Assembly: GCA_037142195.1 (NCBI GenBank)
Contig: JBAXBA010000034.1
Span: 1-35,400 of the forward strand
Length of the DNA: 35,400 bases
Direction: 5' to 3'
Source: Pseudomonadota bacterium
Lineage (GTDB): Bacteria; Bdellovibrionota_B; Oligoflexia; Oligoflexales; CAIMVM01
In this document: one piece after another, positions 26,676 through 35,400 of the stretch
Layout of the letters: each line of letters starts with the position of its first letter
How positions within the stretch are numbered: the first letter of the stretch is position 1
The notes under the pieces: model-generated
Database searches by the model: none
What the model was told of the DNA's origin: nothing
Seen by the model: only the letters and a program-made list of their open reading frames with translations
Position numbers and translations under genes: made by a program

Positions 26676-27497
26676 ATGAAAAGTACCCGGATCTTATCCA
26701 TTCTTACATTATCCCTTGGATTTATAGCATGTCAATCTTTTCAATCACAATCTGAGAGCGAAGAAAAAAACAACCTCGCACTGAAGACTCGGATCAGTAT
26801 TTCTGCTGATCTCATTGACCGCGGGCAAGCGGCTACAGCATTGAGTGACCTAAGGGCCTTGCTAATAGAACAGCCAGAGGCTCCCGACGTTCTGACCATG
26901 AATGCCATTGCTCATCTTGCTCTAAGTAACTATAAGCAGGCGTTAACTCTGCAAACCAAGGCCTACAATCTCGAAAATTCCACGGCTATGGGTGTCACCC
27001 TAGCGGGAATTATGATTGTAAACGACAAACTGGACGCGGCAGAAAAACTACTCTTAAAACTGGGTCAAGACGCAGCTTACAGCTTCCCTGAAAGAATTCT
27101 TCAAAATTTGGGCCTTATCTATGAAAAAAAAGGTAAATTTAATCTCGCTATCTCCCAATATAAAAAGGCCCTTTCTTTGAATCCTACTTATTTTCCGGCC
27201 ATGAATCTTCTTGGCCGGGTCTATGAAAAAACTGGTAATCAAGCCAGTGCGACAGTGGTGTATAAAAACGCAGCTCAGATTTGTCCCGCATGCTATGAAC
27301 CCATAAATTTACTCTTTCAGCAAATGATTATGAAAAACAAACACCAAGAGGCCATAAATCTTGTCGATACCTACTTAAAAGGAAACGATCTTTTGCCTGA
27401 GAATAGAACGCTCGCCTTACAACTTAGAAAAAGAGCTGAGGCATTGGGGCAGAAACAGGCGACCATGGAAAATCGAGGGCTCCCAAAAGGCGGCTAA
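26676..27497 (+). CDS. TPR lipoprotein, PilF/PilW/Tgl pilotin-like
   Basis: Lipobox FIAC from ATG 26676; TPRs with YSFPERILQNLG and AISQYKKALSLNP; adjacent to rodZ. Confidence 0.65.
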   Translation: MKSTRILSILTLSLGFIACQSFQSQSESEEKNNLALKTRISISADLIDRGQAATALSDLRALLIEQPEAPDVLTMNAIAHLALSNYKQALTLQTKAYNLENSTAMGVTLAGIMIVNDKLDAAEKLLLKLGQDAAYSFPERILQNLGLIYEKKGKFNLAISQYKKALSLNPTYFPAMNLLGRVYEKTGNQASATVVYKNAAQICPACYEPINLLFQQMIMKNKHQEAINLVDTYLKGNDLLPENRTLALQLRKRAEALGQKQATMENRGLPKGG

Positions 27498-27562
27498 GGA
27501 AATTAGGATATCAGTGACAAGAAGGCGCAATCTGATAGATTAAAAAAAAATGTGGAGTTCCT

Positions 27563-28897
27563 ATGAATAAACGAACCTTCTTTGTAGCTTCGGCCCTTTC
27601 CTGGACATGTATTTCTGGTATGGGGCTTTCAGCAGAGGCGCCATTGCAAATTGAAGATCGCTATAAAGCCCTAGAGTCCCTGGCACGTGGGCTCTATTTT
27701 ATTGAATCCATGTATGTGGATCCTAAGGCCGTAGATCCTGATGTCCTGGTGCAGAAAGCTCTTAAAGGAGTCACAAGTAGCCTCGACCCCCACACCACAA
27801 TCATGCCTAAAAAGGCATATGAGCAGCTTAGCATTGACACCCAAGGGAAATTTGGTGGTGTGGGTGTGATTGTCTCTTATGAAAAAAATAAAATTAAAAT
27901 CATTGCTCCTATGGAAGGCTCTCCGGCCTGGGAAGCGGGAATCCGCTCTGGAGATATCATTACCGCAATCGATGGAAAAAAAGTTGAAGACATTAACGGA
28001 GAAGAGGCCCTAGATCGTATGAAAGGTGAGGTGGGTACTACACTTTTACTTACTATCAAACGGGCAAACGAAGTTAAAGATTTACAGTTTAAACTTGTAA
28101 GAAAGTTCATCAAAGTAGCTTCAACCCGAGGTCAGTTGCTTTCCGATACCATCGGGTATGCTAGAATTTCTAGTTTTCAAGAGGACTCGAGTGAAAATCT
28201 TGAAAAAATACTCAACGGATTCAAACAAATAGATGGCCTGGTTTTAGATCTTCGAGACAATCCAGGAGGACTCCTTGATCAGGCAGTTAAGGTAAGTGAT
28301 CTTTTCCTAGAAAGTGGTGTAATTGTCTCCACAGTCGGCAGAGATCCTAAAAAAATCGAGCGAGAATTCGCCCACAAGAATGGGACATTCCCCAATTTTC
28401 CAATCGTCGTGCTGGTAAATGGCGGTTCTGCCAGTGCTTCTGAAATCGTCGCAGGCGCCCTTCAAGATCATAAAAGAGCCTTAATTATGGGTTCTAAAAC
28501 CTTTGGAAAGGGATCTGTTCAAACGCTGATTTCCCTTCCCAATGGCTCAGGACTTAAATTAACGATTGCCCGATACTACACCCCTCTCGACCGCAGTATT
28601 CAAGCCATAGGGATCACGCCTGACATCGCCGTTGAGGTACCTCCCATGGATGCTGATTCGGAACGTCTGCCTCAAGATCGAGCACCCAAAGACGGAAAAC
28701 CAACAAAACGCAGAAAGGAATCCGATCTGGAGGGCCATATATCAGCCGGAGATCTTTCAGAACTCGCAAAAGATTCAGGAATTACTGGGGAAATTAAAAA
28801 TTGGCCTGAAGCCATGAAAGAAGATACCGAACTAAAAACGGCTTTCAGCTATTTAAAGGGCTTTAAAATGTTTTCACCACCCAAGTCGAAAGGCTAG
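27563..28897 (+). CDS. ctpA: S41 carboxy-terminal processing protease
   Basis: LDPHT, PDZ FGGVG...SPAWEAGI, LDLRDNPGG, SASASE, FGKGSVQ, RYYTP, GITPD. Confidence 0.93.
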   Translation: MNKRTFFVASALSWTCISGMGLSAEAPLQIEDRYKALESLARGLYFIESMYVDPKAVDPDVLVQKALKGVTSSLDPHTTIMPKKAYEQLSIDTQGKFGGVGVIVSYEKNKIKIIAPMEGSPAWEAGIRSGDIITAIDGKKVEDINGEEALDRMKGEVGTTLLLTIKRANEVKDLQFKLVRKFIKVASTRGQLLSDTIGYARISSFQEDSSENLEKILNGFKQIDGLVLDLRDNPGGLLDQAVKVSDLFLESGVIVSTVGRDPKKIEREFAHKNGTFPNFPIVVLVNGGSASASEIVAGALQDHKRALIMGSKTFGKGSVQTLISLPNGSGLKLTIARYYTPLDRSIQAIGITPDIAVEVPPMDADSERLPQDRAPKDGKPTKRRKESDLEGHISAGDLSELAKDSGITGEIKNWPEAMKEDTELKTAFSYLKGFKMFSPPKSKG

Positions 28898-28976
28898 AGG
28901 CAAAACCACTATCAGAAGCTTTGGACCGAGTCTCTTTTTAGGCTAAAAAACGAAGCACTTCATCCAAAACATATTG

Positions 28977-29264
28977 CTAGCGAAAGGTTTCCTGTGTAGG
29001 AAACACGACCACCCAGTAGCGATCATATTTGGCAGACATAACTTTTCGTCCACGTGAGCGGCAAAATTTCACATAATTTCGGTACTGATTTTCTTCCGTA
29101 AAACATTTAATAAGAAATTTGCACTCCTGGCAGGAGAGTATGGGGTTAATTTCCGCATGCTTATTGATGGTTTCCAAACAGCATGGCAACAGGGCATGTT
29201 CACGCATCGGAGCTTCAATATAACTTATGGAGTTATCCGGATTGGTATGAAATTTATCTGACAT
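28977..29264 (-). CDS. Small Cys-rich hypothetical protein (95 aa)
   Basis: Start overlaps the lipB end; AAGGGG SD; PCC, CQEC and two further Cys. Confidence 0.65.
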   Translation of the reverse strand: MSDKFHTNPDNSISYIEAPMREHALLPCCLETINKHAEINPILSCQECKFLIKCFTEENQYRNYVKFCRSRGRKVMSAKYDRYWVVVFPTQETFR

Positions 29265-29949
29265 GATTTACCCCTTGCTTAAAACCAAGTTCAACTTGCT
29301 TTTCGATGATAATAGCCGTTCCAAAAATCAGACGACTAAGATGCGCAACAAGTTTTTCTGCTACTACCATTACTGACACATCTTGTCCCAATTGTAAACA
29401 AAGGGAAGTCACGCCGCGCCCTTTTATTCCGCAGGGTACGATGCATTGAAATAGGCTGAGGTTGTTGGATACATTTAATGCCAGTCCATGCATGGAAATC
29501 CGATTAGAGACTCTAATTCCTATGGCACAAATCTTTTGTTCACCCACCCAAACTCCGGGATAGGCAGGGTCACGATGGGCCTTCACCCCGAACTCCGCTA
29601 AGGTAAGTATCACGGACTCTTCGAGAATATGGACATAAGACTTAGCTCCCAATTTGAGTCGACTCAGTGCCAAAATGGGATATATCACTAGTTGGCCGGG
29701 TTCATGGGCTGTGATTTCCCCGCCTCGATCTGAGGATTCGATTTGAATCCCGGATTTTGACAGCTCTGAATGGGAAGCCACTAGCAAACCCCAGTCGCCG
29801 TTTTGCCCTAAAGTAATGGTAGGGCTATGCTCTAAACATAGAAAAATTCCTTCAAATTCGCCTTGAAGCACTTGATCTTGAGCCGCTTTTTGGGCCTCAA
29901 AGCCGTCTTTCCAGCTAACTAGTCCTAGGTCAAACGCGGCGAGTTTCAT
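29254..29949 (-). CDS. lipB: Lipoyl(octanoyl) transferase
   Basis: LEHSPTITLG, DRGGEITAHEPGQLVIYP, GVWV..KICAIG, HGLALNV, IVPCG. Start 29949 (AAGGA SD) or 29958. Confidence 0.93.
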   Translation of the reverse strand: MKLAAFDLGLVSWKDGFEAQKAAQDQVLQGEFEGIFLCLEHSPTITLGQNGDWGLLVASHSELSKSGIQIESSDRGGEITAHEPGQLVIYPILALSRLKLGAKSYVHILEESVILTLAEFGVKAHRDPAYPGVWVGEQKICAIGIRVSNRISMHGLALNVSNNLSLFQCIVPCGIKGRGVTSLCLQLGQDVSVMVVAEKLVAHLSRLIFGTAIIIEKQVELGFKQGVNHVR

Positions 29950-30044
29950 GGGTAACATCCTTGCCTTGTGGGCGATCGAAAAGTTTCCCCCGACGATGCC
30001 TGCCGAAGGCGCGATCCTTGCTCCCTTGATTTAAAATCCATGAG

Positions 30045-30689
30045 TCAATTTCTGGCACCTATCTCCAATAACCAATCCACCGGACCTATTCCGCTTCGAA
30101 TGATTTTAGGCGGTTCTTCTGTGAGGTCGACGATCGTCGTTTCTAAGGGAACAAGGCTCTCTCCTAAGTCCAAAATAAGATCCACGGCATGCCCAAACCA
30201 CTCATCAATCTCGTAACCCTTTGTAAGGAAGTCGTCTTTTCCCTCGGGCTTTGGAAGAGATCCCGAGGCCAGCGGCTTCCCAAAGGCCTCCAAAAGCGTA
30301 AGTAAAAGCGGAGACTTAGGGATACGCACGCCAATGCACTTTCTCTTGTCGCCTAACTGCCGAGGCAAGTTCTTGGCACGATTCAAAATGAATGTATAAG
30401 GCCCTGGAAGAAGCTTTTTGGAAACCCTATAAGCGGTGCTGCTTAATACTGCATACTCAGAAATTTGGGATATCGAGTGCATCAGCAAACTCAGAGGTTT
30501 ATCTCTGGGATGGGAAGGCTTGAGTCGAAAAACTTTATCCACTGCCGCCGAGTTCGTAGCATCACATGCTACGGCCCAATTGACATCGGATGGATAGATA
30601 ATTAAACCGCCATTCTCTAACACCCTTTGCGCCTTAGCAATATCTTTAACGCTTGGGGGGGAGTCGTAAGTATAAAGGTGTAAAGCCAT
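30045..30689 (-). CDS. Sua5/YciO/YrdC-family protein (YciO-like)
   Basis: IIYPSD, KPLSLL, LLPGPYTFIL, IGVRIP, TTIVDLT, IIRSGIG. Confidence 0.85.
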   Translation of the reverse strand: MALHLYTYDSPPSVKDIAKAQRVLENGGLIIYPSDVNWAVACDATNSAAVDKVFRLKPSHPRDKPLSLLMHSISQISEYAVLSSTAYRVSKKLLPGPYTFILNRAKNLPRQLGDKRKCIGVRIPKSPLLLTLLEAFGKPLASGSLPKPEGKDDFLTKGYEIDEWFGHAVDLILDLGESLVPLETTIVDLTEEPPKIIRSGIGPVDWLLEIGARN

Positions 30690-30760
30690 TTTTTCTCGCT
30701 TACCAGGACACCTGGTTCTATCATAGATACAAAATAGAGAGAAGCCTGGAGTGACGGCCT

Positions 30761-31213
30761 ATGAAAATGATTCTACAACGAATTTCAGAAGCAAAAGTTG
30801 AAGTCCATGGGGATAGGGTAGGGCGAAGTGGCCCCGGTTGGCTTGTACTCTTCGGAGTAGGAGCAGATGATAATGAAACCCACTTACTCCCCATGCTGGA
30901 GAAGCTGATTCATCTTCGTGCTTTTTCTGACTCAGCAGGCAAAATGAATTTAAGCCTCATGGATATTAAGGGTTCATTGCTGATCGTCAGTCAATTTACT
31001 CTTTATGCCGACCTCGGCTCTGGGCGACGTCCAAGCTTTACAAAAGCGGCAGCCCCAGACGTAGCCCGAAGCCTATATGAAAAGTTTGTGGCCTTAGCCA
31101 AGGAAAAAGGCATCCCAACCGAAACCGGATCCTTCGGCCAGCATATGGAGGTATCCCTAATCAACAGTGGCCCTGTGACCTTCCTATTAGACTCCAAGGA
31201 GATTCTTCGATGA
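30761..31213 (+). CDS. dtd: D-aminoacyl-tRNA deacylase
   Basis: LQRISEA, GKMNLS, SQFTL, GRRPSF, FGQHMEVSLINSGPVT. Confidence 0.95.
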   Translation: MKMILQRISEAKVEVHGDRVGRSGPGWLVLFGVGADDNETHLLPMLEKLIHLRAFSDSAGKMNLSLMDIKGSLLIVSQFTLYADLGSGRRPSFTKAAAPDVARSLYEKFVALAKEKGIPTETGSFGQHMEVSLINSGPVTFLLDSKEILR

Positions 31214-31533
31214 CCCTAGAATCAAACATAATATTACTTTATGTACCATGCCCTACCGACGAGGTCGCGCGTCTCCTGGCAGTAAAAACTGTGGAGTTAG
31301 ACCTGGCCTTTTGTGCACAAGTATTTCCCAAAATGCACTCCTACTACAAATGGGAAGGCAAACTAAACACTGATGAAGAAGTTCTCCTGATTCTCAAAAC
31401 TCAAACTCATTTAGAAACAAAACTTAGAGAACAGATTTTAGACCTTCATCCCTATCAGGTACCGTGCATTCTTAAAATTATTGCTGACAGTCTAAACCCT
31501 GCCTATACGGAATGGGTAATTTCCGCCAAATAG
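31210..31533 (+). CDS. cutA: Divalent-cation tolerance protein CutA
   Basis: LAFCAQ, SYYKWEG, EVLLILKT, HPYQVP, YTEW; ATGA overlap with dtd. Confidence 0.92.
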   Translation: MTLESNIILLYVPCPTDEVARLLAVKTVELDLAFCAQVFPKMHSYYKWEGKLNTDEEVLLILKTQTHLETKLREQILDLHPYQVPCILKIIADSLNPAYTEWVISAK

Positions 31534-31835
31534 AATTCGAAGGGCATAGAATGACCGCCCTCAAAAGCGGACACTTCCTAAATGCAAATAAACTGTTCGA
31601 CTTTTTAGAACAAAAAGTTCTACTTCAAATTTTGCAGTGTAAAATGCTTCGCTATATATTGAAAAAAATCTTCCCACAGAACCAAAGATGCATTTCCTAT
31701 GTTATGTCGCGATATGCCTACCTTCTTAGGTGAAAACTAAGTACGTGAGAGATGTTGCCAGCGCAACCCTTTCATTACCATTTAGAGATCACCAAAAAAT
31801 ACCTAAAGTTCAACTTTTCATAAAAAGCATTCTCC

Positions 31836-31865
31836 TTGACGCCAAGTCTAACGAGAACGTAAAAT
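31836..31865 (+). promoter_or_regulatory. Putative sigma70 promoter for the CHAD-CotH pair
   Basis: TTGACG, 18-nt spacer, TAAAAT; AAGGA SD before GTG 31915. Confidence 0.45.
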
Positions 31866-31914
31866 TTAATGTAAAATTAACTTTTCCGTCAACAAATTCA
31901 GCTAAGGATGACTT

Positions 31915-33234
31915 GTGAAATCTAACTCGCCCAATAAAATTCTCGTCGTAATCGCATTGCTGATTCTATCGTTTTCGGGTTGTAAAACTAAAAACTCTCT
32001 AGATGAAGACACCTTAACCAAATCTGCTAACATCAACTTCAAACTTACGGATGCTGAGGAAAAGCTACTTGATCTTTATGGAATAAGAGATCTATACAAC
32101 AACCTAAAAGAGAAGAAATCTCAGGAAATCTTGGAACGTTTCTTATACGCAGCTGATTCTGTCCATCAAATAACATTTGGAACGATTAAGAAATTAGGAT
32201 CGGCGGATCAAACGACAACAGTTAAGGCGCTTGCTCAAGCCTATCAAACCTACAGAACAGAATTCTTTAGGATAGAAGCACTCATTCGTTTATACCGCAA
32301 AATTGACAGATATGAAGAATTTATGGAGCCCCTATATACCAACGAATCCAAATCAGGACTAAGGCCTCAATTCGGCATCAAACAGACAGAAGATACCTTG
32401 GGTAAATTTGGTGAAATGGCTATGAACCTAAAATTTTCTCAAGGCTTAAATGCTTCACCTCAAGTTCTCAATTTTCAAAGTATAAACTTAGACAAAAGTT
32501 TTTTGACTTTGAGTACCTTGATAAAATCTGACTGGCTACCAAACGCGCAAGGCCAGATTCCGTATTTTATTCGACTTTTCTCTCAGTTTTCAAAAAACAA
32601 AAAAAATCTACTGAGCAACGAAGACGACAGCTCTAAAATTGTTAAGGTTTTAGCTGATGAATTGGATGATTTTGACTCCACAGAATTAGACTTTGAAAGC
32701 TTAGAAGAAGGATATCACGAGCTTAGAAGAAATTTGAGATGGATTCCCATTCTAGTGGTTAGCTTTGACGGTCTTATCTACCCCGATGTTACTGCAGGAA
32801 GCTCAGGTGTTCCCGAATATGAAGCCACGATGTCCCTGCCATCAGTCACGGAAGGAAAATACTTTAAAGCGCTTAAATTAATGAGGCGCCCTAAAGGATA
32901 TCGAAGATTCCCCATCTCACTTTATGCTGCTTCGTCCTACTACGCTGAGCAAATCGGATACATTAAAGACATCTGGCAAAACTACGATGCCTTGATTGCC
33001 GCTTATAAAAACAGCGGATTGAGCACTATAGATGCAGAATCCACTGCAAAAAAATTGCTTTTAGACCATGGCTATAAAGAAGTGGACTATTCACCAGCTC
33101 TTGTCCAAGATTTAGCGACTACTAAACCCCTTATTCTTATGAAATTCGCGCCACACGGCAGAGACCTATCTCGTTTGGTAAAAGGTAAAGAAACGGGAAT
33201 CTTCAAAAAAGTTGTAAAATTTCTTAAAAAATAA
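31915..33234 (+). CDS. Lipoprotein with CHAD-like helical domain
   Basis: Lipobox FSGC; two CHAD-like halves: YRTEFFRIEALIRLY...KQTEDTLGKFGE and YHELRRNLRW...EQIGYIKD. Confidence 0.6.
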   Translation: MKSNSPNKILVVIALLILSFSGCKTKNSLDEDTLTKSANINFKLTDAEEKLLDLYGIRDLYNNLKEKKSQEILERFLYAADSVHQITFGTIKKLGSADQTTTVKALAQAYQTYRTEFFRIEALIRLYRKIDRYEEFMEPLYTNESKSGLRPQFGIKQTEDTLGKFGEMAMNLKFSQGLNASPQVLNFQSINLDKSFLTLSTLIKSDWLPNAQGQIPYFIRLFSQFSKNKKNLLSNEDDSSKIVKVLADELDDFDSTELDFESLEEGYHELRRNLRWIPILVVSFDGLIYPDVTAGSSGVPEYEATMSLPSVTEGKYFKALKLMRRPKGYRRFPISLYAASSYYAEQIGYIKDIWQNYDALIAAYKNSGLSTIDAESTAKKLLLDHGYKEVDYSPALVQDLATTKPLILMKFAPHGRDLSRLVKGKETGIFKKVVKFLKK

Positions 33235-33258
33235 CTTTCCCTGAAAGGAAACAGCGCT

Positions 33259-35064
33259 TTGAAAAAAAGAAATATTAAATGGCTCCCCATACTGGCACTA
33301 ACTACTTCAACCTTGAGCTGTCGCCCCAAAATGGTAGACCCATCAGACTTAGCTTCGAAAAATGGCTCTTTATTTGACCCTTCTTCCATCGCAACGATTT
33401 CGTTTTCTATGAGTGGCGACGACTTGCAAAAAATGAAACAAGAAGGAAGGGACATTTCAGAAAAAATCAACGAGTGTCGCTCTGATGTTGACGTGGATCC
33501 CTACCAAAAATATAAAGTAAGTGGCTTATCTGTTAACGGCTCTAACTTAGGCGGAGCCACTCTGACTAAAAAAGGCTACATGGGATCGCTGAGCGCTGCA
33601 AAGCCATCTTTCAAACTCAAAGACGTCTCTAAAGATATCAATGAAATCGTCCTAAACTCAGATCGCCAAGATCCGTCGCATATCAAGCAGTGCTTAGCCT
33701 ATTTTTTCTTCGATAAAGCGGGCTTACCAACGCCCAAATGCCAACTTGCGGAAGTGAGTATTCAAGCCGGAGGTCATACTCAGAATCTCGGCCTCTACAC
33801 CATGGTGGAAAGTCCTAAAACCGCATACGAAACCATCGATGGAAAATCCGGCATCTTAGTCGAGGGAACCCACGCAGACTTTAGTGATTCTGGACGAAAT
33901 CGATTTGAAATCAAAACTAAAGATTCCGGAAATGACAAGACGAAAATTAATAGTTTAATTAGTCAAGTGACTACCATTCTAAAATCCCCACCTTCCAGTG
34001 CTGGGTATGACCAACTTGCAAATCTGGTCGACCTGGAAAGCTTTTACAAATACTGGGCCACTGAAGCACTCATAGGGCACTGGGATGGTTATGCAAACAA
34101 CATGAATAATTTTATGTTTTTTGTACCTACTAAAGACGGTGGACTTGGAAAAATAAAATTTTTACCCTGGGGTACAGACGGCACATTCGTTAAAACAGAC
34201 ATCATCAATCGCGGCATTAAAAACCGCCTCTATCACGTCTCAGCGTCTGCCGCACTCCCCAATTGGCTGATCAAGTACGAGCCTTCAAGAAAGCAATATA
34301 TAGCTGTACTCAAAGAACTTTTGTCTAAAACTTGGGGCCCGGGAGCTGTTGAAGAGTTTCAAAAACTTAAAGCTTTATCCATGACGTCGACTATATCTCG
34401 AGACTCTGAATATGGTAATGTCATGAAAAGAGTCCAAGATTACCTAGATACCCAAAAAAGAGTCCTAGAATCCGAACTAACGACAGCCAGCTCCAGTTCC
34501 TACAGCTCCCTAGAAAAAGGCACCATAAGTTGCTGGGCGCCCATTGCTGAAATCTCGGGAGTCATTGACGCAATGAGAGCAGATTCTCCGTTTTCCTTTC
34601 ATTCCGAGATCGGGTCAAGTTCCTTAAATCTTTCCTTGATTACGGAAGATGGAAAGACTTCAGCTCCGATATCTCTTTTGGGCACTTCTCTCGCCATGAG
34701 ACAAGTTTTAGAAAATCGCGATATAAGTCTGTCCACTCAATTTAAGACCTCAGCCATACCAAATGTCAGATTTGCATTTTCTACCATCACGGAAAAAGAT
34801 CTTTTCAACACGCTAAATGTTCCCATGGGACACTTGGGATACGCCAATACAGGAGCTTTGCAAGTCCAGGTAGATCCGAGTGCGGGCGATGCTGGCTGGA
34901 TGGAACTTGGCCTGATTGGTGGAGGCTCCCTGACTATTTTAGATGGCATTGTCGAGCCCAAAGGTGGGACTTACGCTTTGCCTGAAAAGAGCAAAGTTTC
35001 TTTCACAGGAAAGATTTATAGTAAATATCCTCTAAGCATTCTATTAAAAAAACTTGGTAAATAG
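33259..35064 (+). CDS. CotH-family atypical kinase lipoprotein
   Basis: Lipobox TLSC; KGYMGS...KPSFKL, QDPSHIKQCLAY, GLPTP, LGLYTMVE, HWDGY..NNF, FLPWGTD; extra beta-rich C-terminal region. Confidence 0.85.
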   Translation: MKKRNIKWLPILALTTSTLSCRPKMVDPSDLASKNGSLFDPSSIATISFSMSGDDLQKMKQEGRDISEKINECRSDVDVDPYQKYKVSGLSVNGSNLGGATLTKKGYMGSLSAAKPSFKLKDVSKDINEIVLNSDRQDPSHIKQCLAYFFFDKAGLPTPKCQLAEVSIQAGGHTQNLGLYTMVESPKTAYETIDGKSGILVEGTHADFSDSGRNRFEIKTKDSGNDKTKINSLISQVTTILKSPPSSAGYDQLANLVDLESFYKYWATEALIGHWDGYANNMNNFMFFVPTKDGGLGKIKFLPWGTDGTFVKTDIINRGIKNRLYHVSASAALPNWLIKYEPSRKQYIAVLKELLSKTWGPGAVEEFQKLKALSMTSTISRDSEYGNVMKRVQDYLDTQKRVLESELTTASSSSYSSLEKGTISCWAPIAEISGVIDAMRADSPFSFHSEIGSSSLNLSLITEDGKTSAPISLLGTSLAMRQVLENRDISLSTQFKTSAIPNVRFAFSTITEKDLFNTLNVPMGHLGYANTGALQVQVDPSAGDAGWMELGLIGGGSLTILDGIVEPKGGTYALPEKSKVSFTGKIYSKYPLSILLKKLGK

Positions 35065-35211
35065 GAGGCGAAAAAAGGTCCTGGTGGAAGATTGGTTTGT
35101 AAGTACATACCCTTTTTAAAAAAAATCAAGGAAAATCCAAAAGAAGCTTTAACCGCATAAATTCCACTTTAATATATAAATGAATGCATAAAATTAAGAG
35201 ATTTGAATATG

Positions 35212-35243
35212 AGATAGCGGCTTTTTGCCACTATCTTTTTTTT
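35212..35243 (+). terminator. Probable intrinsic terminator
   Basis: AGATAG-c-GGC-ttttt-GCC-a-CTATCT followed by a T run. Confidence 0.6.
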
Positions 35244-35345
35244 GAAGTCATGCATTTCACGAAATACCTCCTTGTCGAAATCAGCAAAAAATTCTAAAAC
35301 TTCCTAAAAAATGGTCACTTAAATCACGAAGAATAGGCCAATTAG

Positions 35346-35363
35346 CCCACATTCCCGCGAAAA
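35346..35363 (-). repeat. 18-bp element (right copy of the inverted pair)
   Basis: CCCACATTCCCGCGAAAA is the exact reverse complement of 36-53. Confidence 0.8.
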
Positions 35364-35400
35364 AGAGATTCGTCTTTTTAATTACTGCTGATAAAATTCA

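Noticed and set aside
27003..27010. GCGGGAAT core of the terminal repeat as a possible DNA-uptake sequence
   Set aside because: I noticed only about two internal partial copies, both in coding DNA; not the density expected of an uptake sequence.
31512..31918. Two short ORFs (73 and 62 aa) before the CHAD-like gene
   Set aside because: No SD or motifs; AT-rich region containing the promoter candidate, so more likely intergenic.
1..35400. Whole window as a mobile element, prophage or CRISPR/defence locus
   Set aside because: No transposase, integrase, phage, cas or restriction genes and no spaced repeat array were seen; content is core housekeeping.

Overview
A 35.4 kb bacterial chromosomal segment, densely coding and mostly housekeeping/envelope genes. 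The gene set (many lipoproteins, a PilZ protein, a TsaP-like LysM protein, a Tgl/PilF-like TPR lipoprotein, a CotH-family lipoprotein) suggests a Bdellovibrionota/Oligoflexia-like or other former delta-proteobacterial host; this is inference. Recognisable genes: dapC-dapD-ferredoxin, NfeD/SPFH pair, M14 carboxypeptidase + alpha/beta hydrolase, cpoB-like-tsaD-rsmA, rhlB-like helicase, a PilZ-TPR-LysM-dprA-CpaF/TadA-like operon, panC-plsB-rsgA-acyl-CoA dehydrogenase-EEP-like lipoprotein, rodZ, a PilF/Tgl-like TPR, ctpA, lipB, a Sua5/YciO protein, dtd, cutA, and a terminal pair of lipoproteins (CHAD-like + CotH kinase-like). I found no tRNA, rRNA, CRISPR array, integrase or transposase. Most interesting: (1) a hairpin-dense leader upstream of panC with a perfect-SD 11-codon ORF (MDCKPWPFFLK) followed by an intrinsic terminator; (2) the exported CHAD-like + CotH-like lipoprotein pair; (3) a short, degenerate CpaF/TadA ATPase in frame behind dprA; (4) an EEP-fold lipoprotein lacking its catalytic motifs; (5) an exact 18-bp inverted repeat near both window ends. 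All calls come from motifs read by eye; no database search or folding calculation was run.
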